Source: a virus. Taken from it: a DNA stretch of 64,000 nt. Under the pieces are notes generated by a model, which was not told the DNA's origin, did not search any database, and worked only from the letters and a program-made list of their open reading frames with translations. Location of the stretch: the IMG/VR virus record IMGVR_UViG_3300034122_002094; one strand, written 5' to 3'. The position numbers were made by a program, and so were the translations under genes. Below, one piece after another: positions 28,491 through 38,711 of the stretch (positions are counted from its first letter, which is position 1; the number at the start of each line of letters is the position of its first letter).

Positions 28491-29575
28491 TTTGTTTTTC
28501 CTATGATTGTCTTGACCATGCCCTCGTGCTTCTTGAGGGGATCGTCGGGGTCGCACGCCTCAACGTGCTTGTCAATGGCGAGCAGAGCGTTCTGCTCGGG
28601 GCTGAGCGTCGGAGAGTATGCAATCAGGCTCTCCTCTGTCTCCACAACTTGAGATGGCATCATGGCGATGTGGTAGCTATACAGCTCCAGGGCGATGAGC
28701 TGATCGATGAGATCGGTCTTGAGTTCGTGGTTCGGTACGTCCCGGACCTTCAGTGTGATTCGGCTGGAGTCATCTGGTAATTCGAGCTGTGACAGCTCGT
28801 CGTATCGCCTTGTGATAATTGGGTAATCCAGCACACACTCATGAAATTCACAGGTCTTGTCTACGACAGACATATGGCCTTTTTTGTACTCTTGACCGCC
28901 CTTGAGGGTGAAGGGAGCACCGCAGTAATAGACCTGCTTGCCAGCGACATCGAAGCATTGGTGGCGATGGAAGTCGCCACCAATGATCGTGTCATACTGT
29001 GAAACCTCTCGGGCTGTCAACTCGATTCCCCTGTCATTTGGGAACCCGTTGTCGAGCAGGGCGTTGCGCACAGCCGCATGAAAGAAGAGCAGCTTCGGGA
29101 TCTCGTACCCTGGGATCGGCTCTGCCATCGCATCGAGCATGGCCTTGTGATCGTCCATGTACGGCACCGCACGGATCGCGACCATCTTACCACAGTCCTC
29201 CAGCATGAGAGTCTGGGGATGGTTGACGCACACCAGCGCCTCAAGACCCATCCTGGAGAGTCCACCGACCACAGAGAAGACATTCTTGCTGTCGGTGATA
29301 CAGTGGTTGCCCTCAAGCAGCACGACGCGACCACCACGCTCTCCGTGGCGCCTGACGAGCTTTGCAAAGTGCATGACCGCACCAAAGACATAGCTGTCGA
29401 GCAGGTTGTCATCTGTCAGATCGCCTGCGCACACGATCAGCTCGCCGTAGGCCGCTGAATCAAACAGATCTGTCAGAAACTGCTCTTGTGCTGCGAGCAG
29501 GTCGCTCTTCCCGTCGTTACGTCTTCTGAAGTATTTGTTATTGTTGTCTAAATGCAGATCTGAGAAGACTTTCAT
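28487..29575 (-). CDS. Mre11/SbcD (gp47-like) nuclease
   Basis: Motifs FSDLH, AGDL, EGNH, FFH, GDFH and YYCGAP; lies close to the Rad50 gene. Confidence 0.9.
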   Translation of the reverse strand: MKVFSDLHLDNNNKYFRRRNDGKSDLLAAQEQFLTDLFDSAAYGELIVCAGDLTDDNLLDSYVFGAVMHFAKLVRRHGERGGRVVLLEGNHCITDSKNVFSVVGGLSRMGLEALVCVNHPQTLMLEDCGKMVAIRAVPYMDDHKAMLDAMAEPIPGYEIPKLLFFHAAVRNALLDNGFPNDRGIELTAREVSQYDTIIGGDFHRHQCFDVAGKQVYYCGAPFTLKGGQEYKKGHMSVVDKTCEFHECVLDYPIITRRYDELSQLELPDDSSRITLKVRDVPNHELKTDLIDQLIALELYSYHIAMMPSQVVETEESLIAYSPTLSPEQNALLAIDKHVEACDPDDPLKKHEGMVKTIIGKTK

Positions 29576-29591
29576 GGTGACTCCAAAAGAA

Positions 29592-29617
29592 AGGGATGGG
29601 TGCTGCCACCCATCCCT
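29592..29617 (-). terminator. Intrinsic terminator after SSB
   Basis: 11-bp stem AGGGATGGGTG/CACCCATCCCT followed by TTCTTTT on the - strand. Confidence 0.75.
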
Positions 29618-29640
29618 GTCATGCCCTCAGGCGACCTTGC

Positions 29641-30864
29641 TCACTCGAACGAGTTATCGTCCAGGGACGGCTTCTCGCGCTTCATACGATTGCGGAGGGC
29701 AGAACCATCGGCTGGCTGGACCTCGGGCGGGTTCTGCTGAGCCGCGCGCTCGGCAGCCTTCGCAGCCAGGTTGGCTGCCGCCTTGTTGAAGTCCACGCCC
29801 TTGGTCGGAGCAGGGGCGTAGCGATCGGCATCCGGGTCATAGCCAGGATCCTCGTCATCCCGATCAGGCGGCGACTGACCACCGTCAGGGCCAGACATCA
29901 CCCAGGCTTTCTCAGCCAGGTAGGCCGACAGCATGTCCGCAGGCATCGGCGCCAGCACCGCATTGTAGTCGTCCGCCGTGGCACCCTCGGGCACGCTCGG
30001 CTTGTGGAGGTTCATGAGACGCTCCATCATGACGTCGTAGAAGCGGTCAGACACGGTCCAGCCAGCCTTGGAGTGATCGACGTAGTTGCAGCCCCACTCC
30101 AGCTTGTCGTTGCCCTGGTACTCGCCGGTCTTGGTCAGGGTGAGCTCCAGCAGTACCTTGTCAGGGTACTCCAGCGGCTCAAGATCATTGTCCTTGTGCT
30201 CACGGCGGAAGGACGCGGTCTTCTTCTTGTGGGCAGACACGAGGCGCTTGAGGTTCGTCTGCGCACCTGTCAGGTAGGTGATGCCCTGCTTGGCAGCCTC
30301 GACGAAGTCCTTGGGGAGCTTGTCGATGGGCGTCTTCGGCGTCTCGCCAGCCATGATGGACACGAAGTCATCCATCAGCGCCATGCGCTCATCGCTGGGC
30401 GTCATCATCATCTCATCGCCCTCGCCCTCGATCGTGAAGAACGGCGTCACGTCGATGACCTGAGCGACGCCCTTGATCTTCGACTTCTCCTCGCCGATCT
30501 GCTTGCGGCGGGCGTCCAGCGGATGGTTGACGTACTCCTCCCAGGACGTGCCAGTGAAGCCCTCAGCGCGCCAGGCAGCCCAGACAGGCTTGCAGCGCGG
30601 GCAGTCGTCAAACGACAGGCTGGTCTTGAACTTGGTGCCCACATCCACAGCGTCGCCCGTCAGGCAGACATGGAAGGGCTTGTGGTGGACCTGAAGGAAG
30701 CGCACAGGATCATGGATCTGGGGATCCGTCGAGGGGAGGTGCATCAGCAGGAGGGTCTGGCCAGCTCGCAGATCGATGCTGCGAGAGTTGTCTCCCGTCA
30801 GCTCGTCAGCGCGCTCCTGAGCGGTCTTGGCCTTTCCACGGTTGATGTTCATACGGCTTTTCAT
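29641..30864 (-). CDS. Putative gp32-like ssDNA-binding protein
   Basis: H..C...CPRC zinc-type ligands, acidic low-complexity tail ending DDNSFE, own terminator, replication context. Confidence 0.55.
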   Translation of the reverse strand: MKSRMNINRGKAKTAQERADELTGDNSRSIDLRAGQTLLLMHLPSTDPQIHDPVRFLQVHHKPFHVCLTGDAVDVGTKFKTSLSFDDCPRCKPVWAAWRAEGFTGTSWEEYVNHPLDARRKQIGEEKSKIKGVAQVIDVTPFFTIEGEGDEMMMTPSDERMALMDDFVSIMAGETPKTPIDKLPKDFVEAAKQGITYLTGAQTNLKRLVSAHKKKTASFRREHKDNDLEPLEYPDKVLLELTLTKTGEYQGNDKLEWGCNYVDHSKAGWTVSDRFYDVMMERLMNLHKPSVPEGATADDYNAVLAPMPADMLSAYLAEKAWVMSGPDGGQSPPDRDDEDPGYDPDADRYAPAPTKGVDFNKAAANLAAKAAERAAQQNPPEVQPADGSALRNRMKREKPSLDDNSFE

Positions 30865-30893
30865 TTTTGTGCCTTTGGGACTTTTGGGTTGTG

Positions 30894-31406
30894 TCAGTCT
30901 TCGGTCGAGAAGACCTTGTGTACATCCGACTTGTCGTCGTCTGTGTCCTCGAAATCGAGGGGGCTCTCCGCAATAGAGAGCAGCATTCTGAGATACGCCA
31001 GACACTCACGCAGGACAGCGGAGCGCTGGTTGATGACTTTGCGCGCCAGCGTCAGCGCATCGATCCGGCTTTGGAGGGCCGTCGAGACCTGGCCGCCAGT
31101 GATGTAAGCCTCGATGGCTTTCTCAGTCGGCTTTGCGGCTGTGTCGGCCATCAGCGGGTTCGCAGGATCTTCAGTCTTGCGAAGCTTCAGGTACATCGCG
31201 CCTCGATGTTGCTCAAGCTCTTGTTTGGCTTGCATCAGCGCTTCTGCGCAGTCGCAACCTTGCTCACTGAGCACTGACAGCCTGAGCAACGTCTGCTCAT
31301 ATACAGCGTGCGGCTCCTGCTTTGCAACTGGAATCAGGTCCAGGATGTCGTTTATTTCGACGACCGAAAACCTGTTAAAATTCAATTGCGACGACGTGTA
31401 TGACAC
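30894..31406 (-). CDS. Possible UvsY-like recombination mediator
   Basis: Helical protein with KPTEKAIEAYI, adjacent to the SSB-like gene. Confidence 0.45.
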   Translation of the reverse strand: MSYTSSQLNFNRFSVVEINDILDLIPVAKQEPHAVYEQTLLRLSVLSEQGCDCAEALMQAKQELEQHRGAMYLKLRKTEDPANPLMADTAAKPTEKAIEAYITGGQVSTALQSRIDALTLARKVINQRSAVLRECLAYLRMLLSIAESPLDFEDTDDDKSDVHKVFSTED

Positions 31407-31422
31407 AGGAACTCCTTGTTAT

Positions 31423-31674
31423 CTATGCTGTTTCTGATTGATCGTATACGACAAACTTTAGCGGTCCGCCAAAGGTGTGACTGACGTCGAGCTTGTTCTT
31501 GACGTGGAGCAGAAGCTGGGCTTCGTTCAGAAGCTGCACCATGTCTCTCATCGCAGAAGCCGTCAGCCTTGCGCCTCCAGTGAGGCGATCCATGACGCGC
31601 TGCTTCACCTCGTAGTAGGTGCCCTGGTTCCTGGCCTCTTCGAGCAGGATCGTCGTGACTTCTTCTCTGGTCAT
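31423..31674 (-). CDS. Hypothetical protein
   Basis: 83-aa coupled ORF. Confidence 0.6.
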   Translation of the reverse strand: MTREEVTTILLEEARNQGTYYEVKQRVMDRLTGGARLTASAMRDMVQLLNEAQLLLHVKNKLDVSHTFGGPLKFVVYDQSETA

Positions 31675-31985
31675 GGCGTGGGCTCCAGCTCGAAGCGAAT
31701 ACCATAGGCGTTTCTTGACCTCGGAGCATTGGGCATGATGTATGGCACAGACGATCCCGTCCAGCCAGCGATGGTTAGTCGCGCCTGCACGAGGCTGACC
31801 ATCCTGGCATCGAACAGGGCGTATGTCTCTCCCTCGATGTCGAAGTCAAAGTTAATTCTACCTGGCTCATACAACCAGGTCAGCTTCTTGTTGATCTTGA
31901 GGTCGAGCTCGTCGAGGAGGATGGTCTCCTCGGCGGTCTCAGCAGAGCTGTACGCTGTGACCAGCGCTGTGGGTGTTGTGATCAT
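31671..31985 (-). CDS. Hypothetical protein
   Basis: 104-aa ORF overlapping the dnaE stop. Confidence 0.6.
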   Translation of the reverse strand: MITTPTALVTAYSSAETAEETILLDELDLKINKKLTWLYEPGRINFDFDIEGETYALFDARMVSLVQARLTIAGWTGSSVPYIMPNAPRSRNAYGIRFELEPTP

Positions 31986-34900
31986 CTGGCGACAATCCGG
32001 CAGTAGTCAGTGGGTTTATTGAGCGCGATGTAGCTCCTTCCATTGAAGGACTCCTTGATTCCGCGCAGCTCGATGAGATCTCCTTGAGAGGGGCGCCGTC
32101 TGGTGCGGTCGAGTGCAGGATTATCCCAGAACTCATTCCAGCACTTGACAACGTAACGCTCTGATCCGTCTTCGATGACGAGCTGCGCCCAGTTCTTGCC
32201 AGCGTTTCGGCCAGACTTGTACTTGTAATAAGACACCTGCTTGACCTCGCCGCCGATGAACACGAGCTTGCCGTCATCGATCTTGTTGAACTGAGCCTCA
32301 GTGAACGTCTGGATGTTCTCGTGGTCGAAACCAGCGATCTCCTTCCATCTGCCGACCTGGCAGTTGAGCGTCTCGTTGCGGAGCTTCGCCCAGTAGAACT
32401 GAGAAGCAGTATGGTCGAAGTTGCCCTTGCCGTCAACGAAAGTCTTGAGAAACTCGGGCGGCAGCTCGTCTGCGACCTTCTTCTTGTTCAAGACCCTCAT
32501 GTACTCTCGATAGCGTTTCATCGCCTCGATCGGTGTGTACTCAGGCGCAAAGAAGCCAGCTCCGATGAGAGCAGTCATGACGCGCGAGTTCATGACCTGA
32601 CCCGTCGACTCCTGGACTGTCACACCGTCGATCACCTCCTTCTTGCGGATGAGCGTCGACATGAAGCTGTCCATGTCAGGGAAGCTGTTGATCGTGCCGT
32701 TGTTGGTGATGAGCGCGGCGGCCTTGTCGCCGACGCCCTTGATGGCGCTGATCTTCCAGAAGACCTGATTGCCAGCTCCAGCAGGCTTGAAGTCCTGTGA
32801 GAAGCCATGCACGGTCGGGAACAGGAACTCGATACCCTCTTCCTCTGCATACCGCTTGAGCTCGTACACGTTGTTCGGATGCTTGAGATCATCCTTCGCA
32901 AACCGCATCTTGGCTGCCCAGAAGTAGAGCGGGTAGCGCGACTTGATCCAGGCCTGATAGAACGAGGTCAGGGTGTACGCAACGCTGTGGCTGTTGTGAG
33001 AGACGATGCCGTTGGCGATGAAGTTGTGCTCCTCCTCGACCATCTCGATGTCATACGTCATCTCCTCGCCAGCAGGCTCGATCGAGACGATCTTGCTCGT
33101 GACTGTCGGCAGTCCCTGACTCCATGCCTTCTTGCGCTCGCCCTTCTGGTAGTCGAGGCTCTTGTGGCATGAGTTGCAGAGGTAGCGCACGTTCCCGATC
33201 GCGTGGAACTTGAGGAAGTCTCCACCACACTCCTCGAAGGTGTCCATGTGGGCTACCTCGAATCGTGCATCATCGCGCTCGATGAGATTACATGACTCAC
33301 ACTTGCCCTGAGCCCGCTCGATACAGGCCTCCCGAGCTTCTTTCAGAGCCTTGGTTCTGCCATCAAGGAAAGCGGGATTCGCTGCGCCCGTCCTGTCGTA
33401 ACCGGCCTCTGTCATCTCACCCTGCCACGCGCGGCCCTTGTGATAGCCAGATGGCAGCGCCCTCTCAATGTACTGGCTGGTCGCCTTCTCTTTGACGCCC
33501 ATCACGAGCAGCTCGTCGCCAACCTCCAGATCGTCGATACACACATACCCGGTGGAAGCGAGCAGACGGTGGTTGTATGTGCCGGTGATGCTCATGCCGT
33601 TCTGAAGCGTGACCTTGATGACCGGCTGAACGCCGTTCTGCGTGATCGCCTTGATGTGGCCGAGGCGGATGCGGCCATCAGCGCTCATCATCCGGATCTT
33701 CTGCCGACCAGCGAGGATCTTCTCGCCCCAGTGTGTGCGTGAGCGCCCGTTCGGACCTTGCTTGAGCGTCTCCTGATAGAGCTCCTCGATCGTCATCTCG
33801 ACAGTGTCACAGAATCTGTTGCGACCACCTCGATAGACAATCGTATTACCGATCAAGCACTTGTTGAAGCTGTACGATGCAAACTCAACGATCTGAGACC
33901 ACATCTTGTTCGTGACGTCTTCCGTATAGCCCCGCTTGCGCGAGCCGGTCTTGAAGTGGGCCTCCCACTTTGCCATCTCCTCTGGCTTCTTCTTGCCGCA
34001 GGCCTTGCGCAGCTTCTCGGCCTCCTCGCCGGTGAAGCCCGCCATGACCTGTGACAGCTTCATCATCTGCTCCTGATAGATCATCAGGCCATGACTCTCC
34101 GACAGCACCTCACTGATCGAGGCGTGATCATCGGGACGCTTCTCGCGACCATGCTTGATGTCGATGAAGAGCTTGTCGGTTCCAGCCTGCATGGGGCCTG
34201 GGCGCACGAGCGCGACAGCAGCGACGAGCTCCTCGAAGGAATCCACCGCCAGCGGGCGAAGGAAGCGGCGCTGGCTCCATGTGCCGAACTGGAAGATCGG
34301 GTGGGTCTGCACGTTACGGAACGTCAGCAGAGCCTGCTTGTCCTGGAGGTTGATCTCCTCGACGCCAGGGATCGTGATACCCTCGTAGTCCTTGAGCATC
34401 TGCTTCGCAGCGGTCACAACGTCCACCGCCTCGATGACCAGCAGATCGAGCTTTGGGCGGCCAGCATCGTCGACAGCGTCCATCTCATACTGCGTGACGT
34501 AGCCTTCCAGCGTGCTGTTGTAGAGCACTGGCAGCTCGCTCATGGCGTCACCAAGACAGATCACGATGCCCGCAGCGTGCATCCCGTTGGAGGTGATCGA
34601 CTCCAGCAGCGGCATCACCTTGGTCATGAAGAAGCGGCTGTGCTTGGCGTAGAACTCCATGAAGCGATCGTTGGTGAGCATCTCATCGAGCTCATCCTGG
34701 CCGCGCGAGGTCTGCGTCGTATGCACGTCGAGGATCTGATTCAGGAAGTAGGGATCGTAGGGGACCTCTTCTCCATCATTGTCCGTGATCGTGTACGCCG
34801 CAGCAGCAGCCAGAGCCTTCACAGCCGACTTGACCTTCATGCGGTTGTAGGTGCCGATGTTGAGCAAGCGCTGACGCCCATACACGCTGGCGAGGTAGCG

Positions 34901-36205
34901 GTGGACCTCTCGACGAGCGATGTCCGAGAAGTCAAGATCGATGTCCGGGAGGTCCGTTCGTGCGCTCGACAGGAATCGAGAGAAGGACAGTCCGTGGCGC
35001 AGCGGATCGCATTGGGTAATGTTGGTCAGATAGTTGAAGATAGAGCCTGCGCCCGATCCGCGACCCACACCACGATCCAGACCCACGCGATCGATGTGCG
35101 CGCAGATGTCGTCGATGATGTAGAAGTAGGGCAGGAACTTCTTGGACACGATGAGCGGGATCTCCTCGTTCAAGAGCTGATCCATGTACTCCTTGAGCGT
35201 GTGCTTGTTGGCATACTTATCACCAGCTTTCTCAAGGAGATATGAGAACTTCTTGTCGAGATCTGGGTCTTGCGCGATCTGACGAAGAGTCGTGCCTGGC
35301 TTGACGGTCGGGTCGAGCTTCTGGCGCCAGCCGTCAGCCAGCCGCTGCTCCATATAAGCCAGCAGGTCAGGGACGGGAGGCTCGGGCAGCTTGTAGTCGC
35401 CCACGACGAAGAAGTCAGTCACCATGTCGAACAGGCGCTTCATGCCGAAATCGAACTTCTGGAGAGCTGGTTCGCCAAGCCGTGACTCAGCCAGCGCCTG
35501 AGTTGGCAAAGAGTAGACGCCGCCGTTATTGCAGATCGGCTTGTCCTCCTTCATCAGCGACATGAGGGTGCGAGATGCCTCGGCGGCCTCTGTGGTGGGG
35601 CCGGTGCAGTTGAAGCTGTACACGACGTCATAGGGCATCGTGCCACGGTCGAGCAGCGCCTCGATCTCTTCTGGGTTCTCCAGCGGATTGCAGCCGATGA
35701 AGAAGCGCGTCTCGAACATGCTGTGGAGCTGGCTGACGATGCCTGAGAACTTGCCCTTGGAGCCCTCAAAGACCGCCGTAGAGAGCTTCCCGCCGCCGTT
35801 GTAGGGCAACACACAGGCCACATCCTTGCAAGCGCCCAGAAGGGCCTCCATCGTGACGCGAGGGCGGAAGTAGAACAGCCCCTCGCGGTCCTGAGAGCGG
35901 TTGTTGAGCTTGACCAGACGCTGATAGCCGTCGTCGTTCAGAGCGAACAGCAGCAGGCGGGCGATGGGCTTGTTGTTCTCATCTCGCTCATCTGACTCGT
36001 GGAGGTAGACGTCCATGCCGAGCAGGGGCTTGATACCAGCCTCACGACAAGCCTTGACGAGACGGGGCGCACCGGCAAGCGTGGTACGATCGCAGACGCC
36101 GAGAGCAGGGTAGCCAAGCTTCTTGGCTGCCTTCGCCCAGTCCTTGATGTTTGCCGTGCCGAAGCCGCGAGAGTATGCAGTGTAGTTCTGAAGCGAGTAC
36201 ATCAT
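31982..36205 (-). CDS. dnaE: DNA polymerase III alpha (family C), intein-containing
   Basis: PHP-like N-terminus; motifs GRGSGAGS, PDIDLDF, HAAG, KLDLL, YQEQ and FNK[intein]SH; C-terminal OB fold. Confidence 0.95.
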   Translation of the reverse strand: MMYSLQNYTAYSRGFGTANIKDWAKAAKKLGYPALGVCDRTTLAGAPRLVKACREAGIKPLLGMDVYLHESDERDENNKPIARLLLFALNDDGYQRLVKLNNRSQDREGLFYFRPRVTMEALLGACKDVACVLPYNGGGKLSTAVFEGSKGKFSGIVSQLHSMFETRFFIGCNPLENPEEIEALLDRGTMPYDVVYSFNCTGPTTEAAEASRTLMSLMKEDKPICNNGGVYSLPTQALAESRLGEPALQKFDFGMKRLFDMVTDFFVVGDYKLPEPPVPDLLAYMEQRLADGWRQKLDPTVKPGTTLRQIAQDPDLDKKFSYLLEKAGDKYANKHTLKEYMDQLLNEEIPLIVSKKFLPYFYIIDDICAHIDRVGLDRGVGRGSGAGSIFNYLTNITQCDPLRHGLSFSRFLSSARTDLPDIDLDFSDIARREVHRYLASVYGRQRLLNIGTYNRMKVKSAVKALAAAAAYTITDNDGEEVPYDPYFLNQILDVHTTQTSRGQDELDEMLTNDRFMEFYAKHSRFFMTKVMPLLESITSNGMHAAGIVICLGDAMSELPVLYNSTLEGYVTQYEMDAVDDAGRPKLDLLVIEAVDVVTAAKQMLKDYEGITIPGVEEINLQDKQALLTFRNVQTHPIFQFGTWSQRRFLRPLAVDSFEELVAAVALVRPGPMQAGTDKLFIDIKHGREKRPDDHASISEVLSESHGLMIYQEQMMKLSQVMAGFTGEEAEKLRKACGKKKPEEMAKWEAHFKTGSRKRGYTEDVTNKMWSQIVEFASYSFNKCLIGNTIVYRGGRNRFCDTVEMTIEELYQETLKQGPNGRSRTHWGEKILAGRQKIRMMSADGRIRLGHIKAITQNGVQPVIKVTLQNGMSITGTYNHRLLASTGYVCIDDLEVGDELLVMGVKEKATSQYIERALPSGYHKGRAWQGEMTEAGYDRTGAANPAFLDGRTKALKEAREACIERAQGKCESCNLIERDDARFEVAHMDTFEECGGDFLKFHAIGNVRYLCNSCHKSLDYQKGERKKAWSQGLPTVTSKIVSIEPAGEEMTYDIEMVEEEHNFIANGIVSHNSHSVAYTLTSFYQAWIKSRYPLYFWAAKMRFAKDDLKHPNNVYELKRYAEEEGIEFLFPTVHGFSQDFKPAGAGNQVFWKISAIKGVGDKAAALITNNGTINSFPDMDSFMSTLIRKKEVIDGVTVQESTGQVMNSRVMTALIGAGFFAPEYTPIEAMKRYREYMRVLNKKKVADELPPEFLKTFVDGKGNFDHTASQFYWAKLRNETLNCQVGRWKEIAGFDHENIQTFTEAQFNKIDDGKLVFIGGEVKQVSYYKYKSGRNAGKNWAQLVIEDGSERYVVKCWNEFWDNPALDRTRRRPSQGDLIELRGIKESFNGRSYIALNKPTDYCRIVAR
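32993..33859 (-). mobile_element. Intein with HNH endonuclease in DnaE (289 aa)
   Basis: Begins CLIGNT, has block B GTYNHRL, and ends TYDIEM...HNFIANGIVSHN|S. Internal CESC...EVAH...N...LCNSCH. Confidence 0.92.
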
Positions 36206-36420
36206 GTTGTTTTCTTTCCGTATTTGGTTTCTAACCGTGCAGCTTGGAGCTTGAACATGTTGCACACTCTCTGGTGTGCGAGGTCACATGTTTGACACTC
36301 GGGATGCGCTTGGTCGAACAGCCCATCAGCAGGCTCGCAGCTTCTGATGGAGTCGGTGGTTTGGAGAGTAGATTCGTCGGCTGTTGAAGGCTTCGACGAA
36401 CTCGTCTTCTGAGCAGTCAT
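36202..36420 (-). CDS. Possible small Cys-rich protein (start uncertain)
   Basis: C...ECQTC.....C pattern; stop overlaps the dnaE start. Confidence 0.35.
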   Translation of the reverse strand: MTAQKTSSSKPSTADESTLQTTDSIRSCEPADGLFDQAHPECQTCDLAHQRVCNMFKLQAARLETKYGKKTT

Positions 36421-37357
36421 CGGGATCCTTGTCCTCGGGGAGCCTCATGACGGAGATGACCTTGCCACAGTCGGTGGCGTTCGTCAACGCGAACCACTCG
36501 TCCTTGTGGAACTGCTTGCCCGTCGAGGTCTCGTGTTTCTTGAACTTGGCGGTCACGATGTCACCATCCAGGCAGATACAGATCTCTTTTGCTGGAAGAT
36601 CAGCGAGGAGTTGGCGCTGCGTCTCTGAGATGTTGGTGCCAAAGATGGCGACTGCGGCGAGCTCCCGCTGGGTGGATCTGATCACGTCGAAGATACCCTC
36701 ATGGACAAAGACCACGTCTGGCTCGGTCAGGACGTTGTTGTAGTTGAAGAGGTGCTGAGACAGGATCTCAGCCTTCGGGTTGAGCGTCTTCCTCTCGTGT
36801 CGCCCGGTATATGAGTAGAGCTGGTAGGCCTGGTTGTCGTGTGTCGTGACGTAAAAGCCGACGCGCCCAAAGTGCTCCGGGGGCAAGAAGCAGGGAAAGT
36901 TCTGAATGACCCAGGTAGGGTCAAAGCCTCTCGACTCTATCCACTTGGCCATCGGCGGCGTAAAGTAGGAGAGCGAGATGGCGCCAGGGATCTCCACGTT
37001 CGGATCGTGGTAGACGTATTCAGGCAGGACTGGCTCTCGAAGATGGGAGCGCATCGTTGCAAGCTCGGACGGCTGCTCCGATGCAGAGTCTCCGCTATAA
37101 GGCTGGCCAGTGATCTGCTGATACAGCGCTGGGAACTTGCCGGACCAGCCGCAGGTTGCTCGGTGGCACAGGCCGTATCCGTATGTAATATTGAAGTAAA
37201 AGTTTGATACGCGCTTTGATCCTCCATCGCAGAACGGACAACGGGCAGTGAAGTGCTGCCCGTTTGAGGATCCTTCGCGGGCGTTCTCGACGTATTCATC
37301 GAAGAATGCCCGGATGTCAGCCTGTGTCTGCTCTGGCAATGGAAGGTTACGGCTCAT
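36326..37357 (-). CDS. DNA primase (Zn finger plus TOPRIM)
   Basis: CPFC...CHRATC zinc finger; HEGIFD, CLDGD and KDPD motifs. Confidence 0.85.
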   Translation of the reverse strand: MSRNLPLPEQTQADIRAFFDEYVENAREGSSNGQHFTARCPFCDGGSKRVSNFYFNITYGYGLCHRATCGWSGKFPALYQQITGQPYSGDSASEQPSELATMRSHLREPVLPEYVYHDPNVEIPGAISLSYFTPPMAKWIESRGFDPTWVIQNFPCFLPPEHFGRVGFYVTTHDNQAYQLYSYTGRHERKTLNPKAEILSQHLFNYNNVLTEPDVVFVHEGIFDVIRSTQRELAAVAIFGTNISETQRQLLADLPAKEICICLDGDIVTAKFKKHETSTGKQFHKDEWFALTNATDCGKVISVMRLPEDKDPDDCSEDEFVEAFNSRRIYSPNHRLHQKLRAC

Positions 37358-38711
37358 CAAACAGCTCTTCTGCGGTCTTCTCTTTGCTGCCGAACTGGCG
37401 GGCGAAGTCATCCTCGTGGATGAACCTCAGCGAAGAGGTTACTAGCAGACGAATGCGCTCGTTGTCAACCTGACCGCCATCACGAAGCTTGGTGATGGTC
37501 GCGATGCGGTGGTTACTTGTTGCTGTCTCAAGGTCATCGACGTGGAACGCAATCTCTGCGTCGAGCAGTCGGGTGATCTTCTGGCCGTTGGCGCCCGAGC
37601 TGGCGGTCAGCTTCTCGACGTCGTTCTTCTTCTTGGCCACACGGAACTTCTCGTCCATCGGGCGCGTCCCGATCACGCCCACGTCCAGGTCCTCAGCCAG
37701 CACCTTGAGGTCGATCCAGGCCTGTGTCTTGTCCAGGTAGTAGTCTTCTCGCGCCGTGCTGCCTGTCATGTGGTCAGGGCTGTCGACGAACACATAATCG
37801 ATCTTGATCTTGTGCTCATGGTGGATGCGCGAGATCGCCTCCCTGATGTCGGTCGCACTGAACTTGTCGAGCTGGAGGCGACAGTAGAAGATCTCCGAAT
37901 GCTCCTTTGTAGATGTCAGATCTTGCATCTCGTCAACTGTCAGATTTGATGTGTACAGCGACAGATACGGCTTGTTGAGCAGCACAGCATCCAGTCGCCC
38001 GATCGCCTCCTCTGCACGGTTTTCGGAGAAAACATACAGTACGGTGTGTCGGTTTGCTGGCAGGGTCGCCATTCGGATCATGTTCGTCATGAAGATCGAC
38101 TTGCCGAGGTTGGTCGGCGCTGTGATGGCCACGGTCGTCTTCTTCTGAATCCCGAACGGAAAATACTTCTGGAAGTATGCCAGGTTGTCGATGAATTGAA
38201 GCCCTGGTGCAAGCTCCATTCTCTCTCGCCGATCACGATCGCGAGCCATCACTGTGTTGCGATACTGGTGGACCTCCACCTCTACTCGACCGCTCGTGAG
38301 CTCATCCACCCGATTCTTGAGCTCATCCAGCACCTGATCGATCGGGTCACCCTTCCAGACGCGGTCCACAGTCTCTTGCAGGACCTCACGAGTCCGAGCC
38401 TGACGCTGCTTGGACCGGAAGAAGTTGATGGTGAACTCCTTCTCTGGAAGAGGCATCTTCTCCATAGAGGAGATCGAGTTGTGCAGCAGGGTCTTCTGCT
38501 GGCTGTCGATGCTGTCACTTGTGATCAGCGCTCTGATGGCGTTGGGAGATGTGTCTCCCAAATCATGCGCTCTCAAGCAATACTCGAACAGCGCTTTGGG
38601 CACCGCTTCGCTGAGGTCGTTTGCTGTCAGATTGGCGAGCACCGCCATCTCGATCAGATCTGTCTCGCCCTGGAGGATCGATGCGATCAGCAATTTTTCA
38701 CTTGACATCAC
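37347..38711 (-). CDS. DnaB-like replicative helicase
   Basis: Motifs APTNLGKS, FSE, VFVDSPDHM, LKVLAEDLDV and TKLRDG. Confidence 0.85.
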   Translation of the reverse strand: MMSSEKLLIASILQGETDLIEMAVLANLTANDLSEAVPKALFEYCLRAHDLGDTSPNAIRALITSDSIDSQQKTLLHNSISSMEKMPLPEKEFTINFFRSKQRQARTREVLQETVDRVWKGDPIDQVLDELKNRVDELTSGRVEVEVHQYRNTVMARDRDRRERMELAPGLQFIDNLAYFQKYFPFGIQKKTTVAITAPTNLGKSIFMTNMIRMATLPANRHTVLYVFSENRAEEAIGRLDAVLLNKPYLSLYTSNLTVDEMQDLTSTKEHSEIFYCRLQLDKFSATDIREAISRIHHEHKIKIDYVFVDSPDHMTGSTAREDYYLDKTQAWIDLKVLAEDLDVGVIGTRPMDEKFRVAKKKNDVEKLTASSGANGQKITRLLDAEIAFHVDDLETATSNHRIATITKLRDGGQVDNERIRLLVTSSLRFIHEDDFARQFGSKEKTAEELFDEP

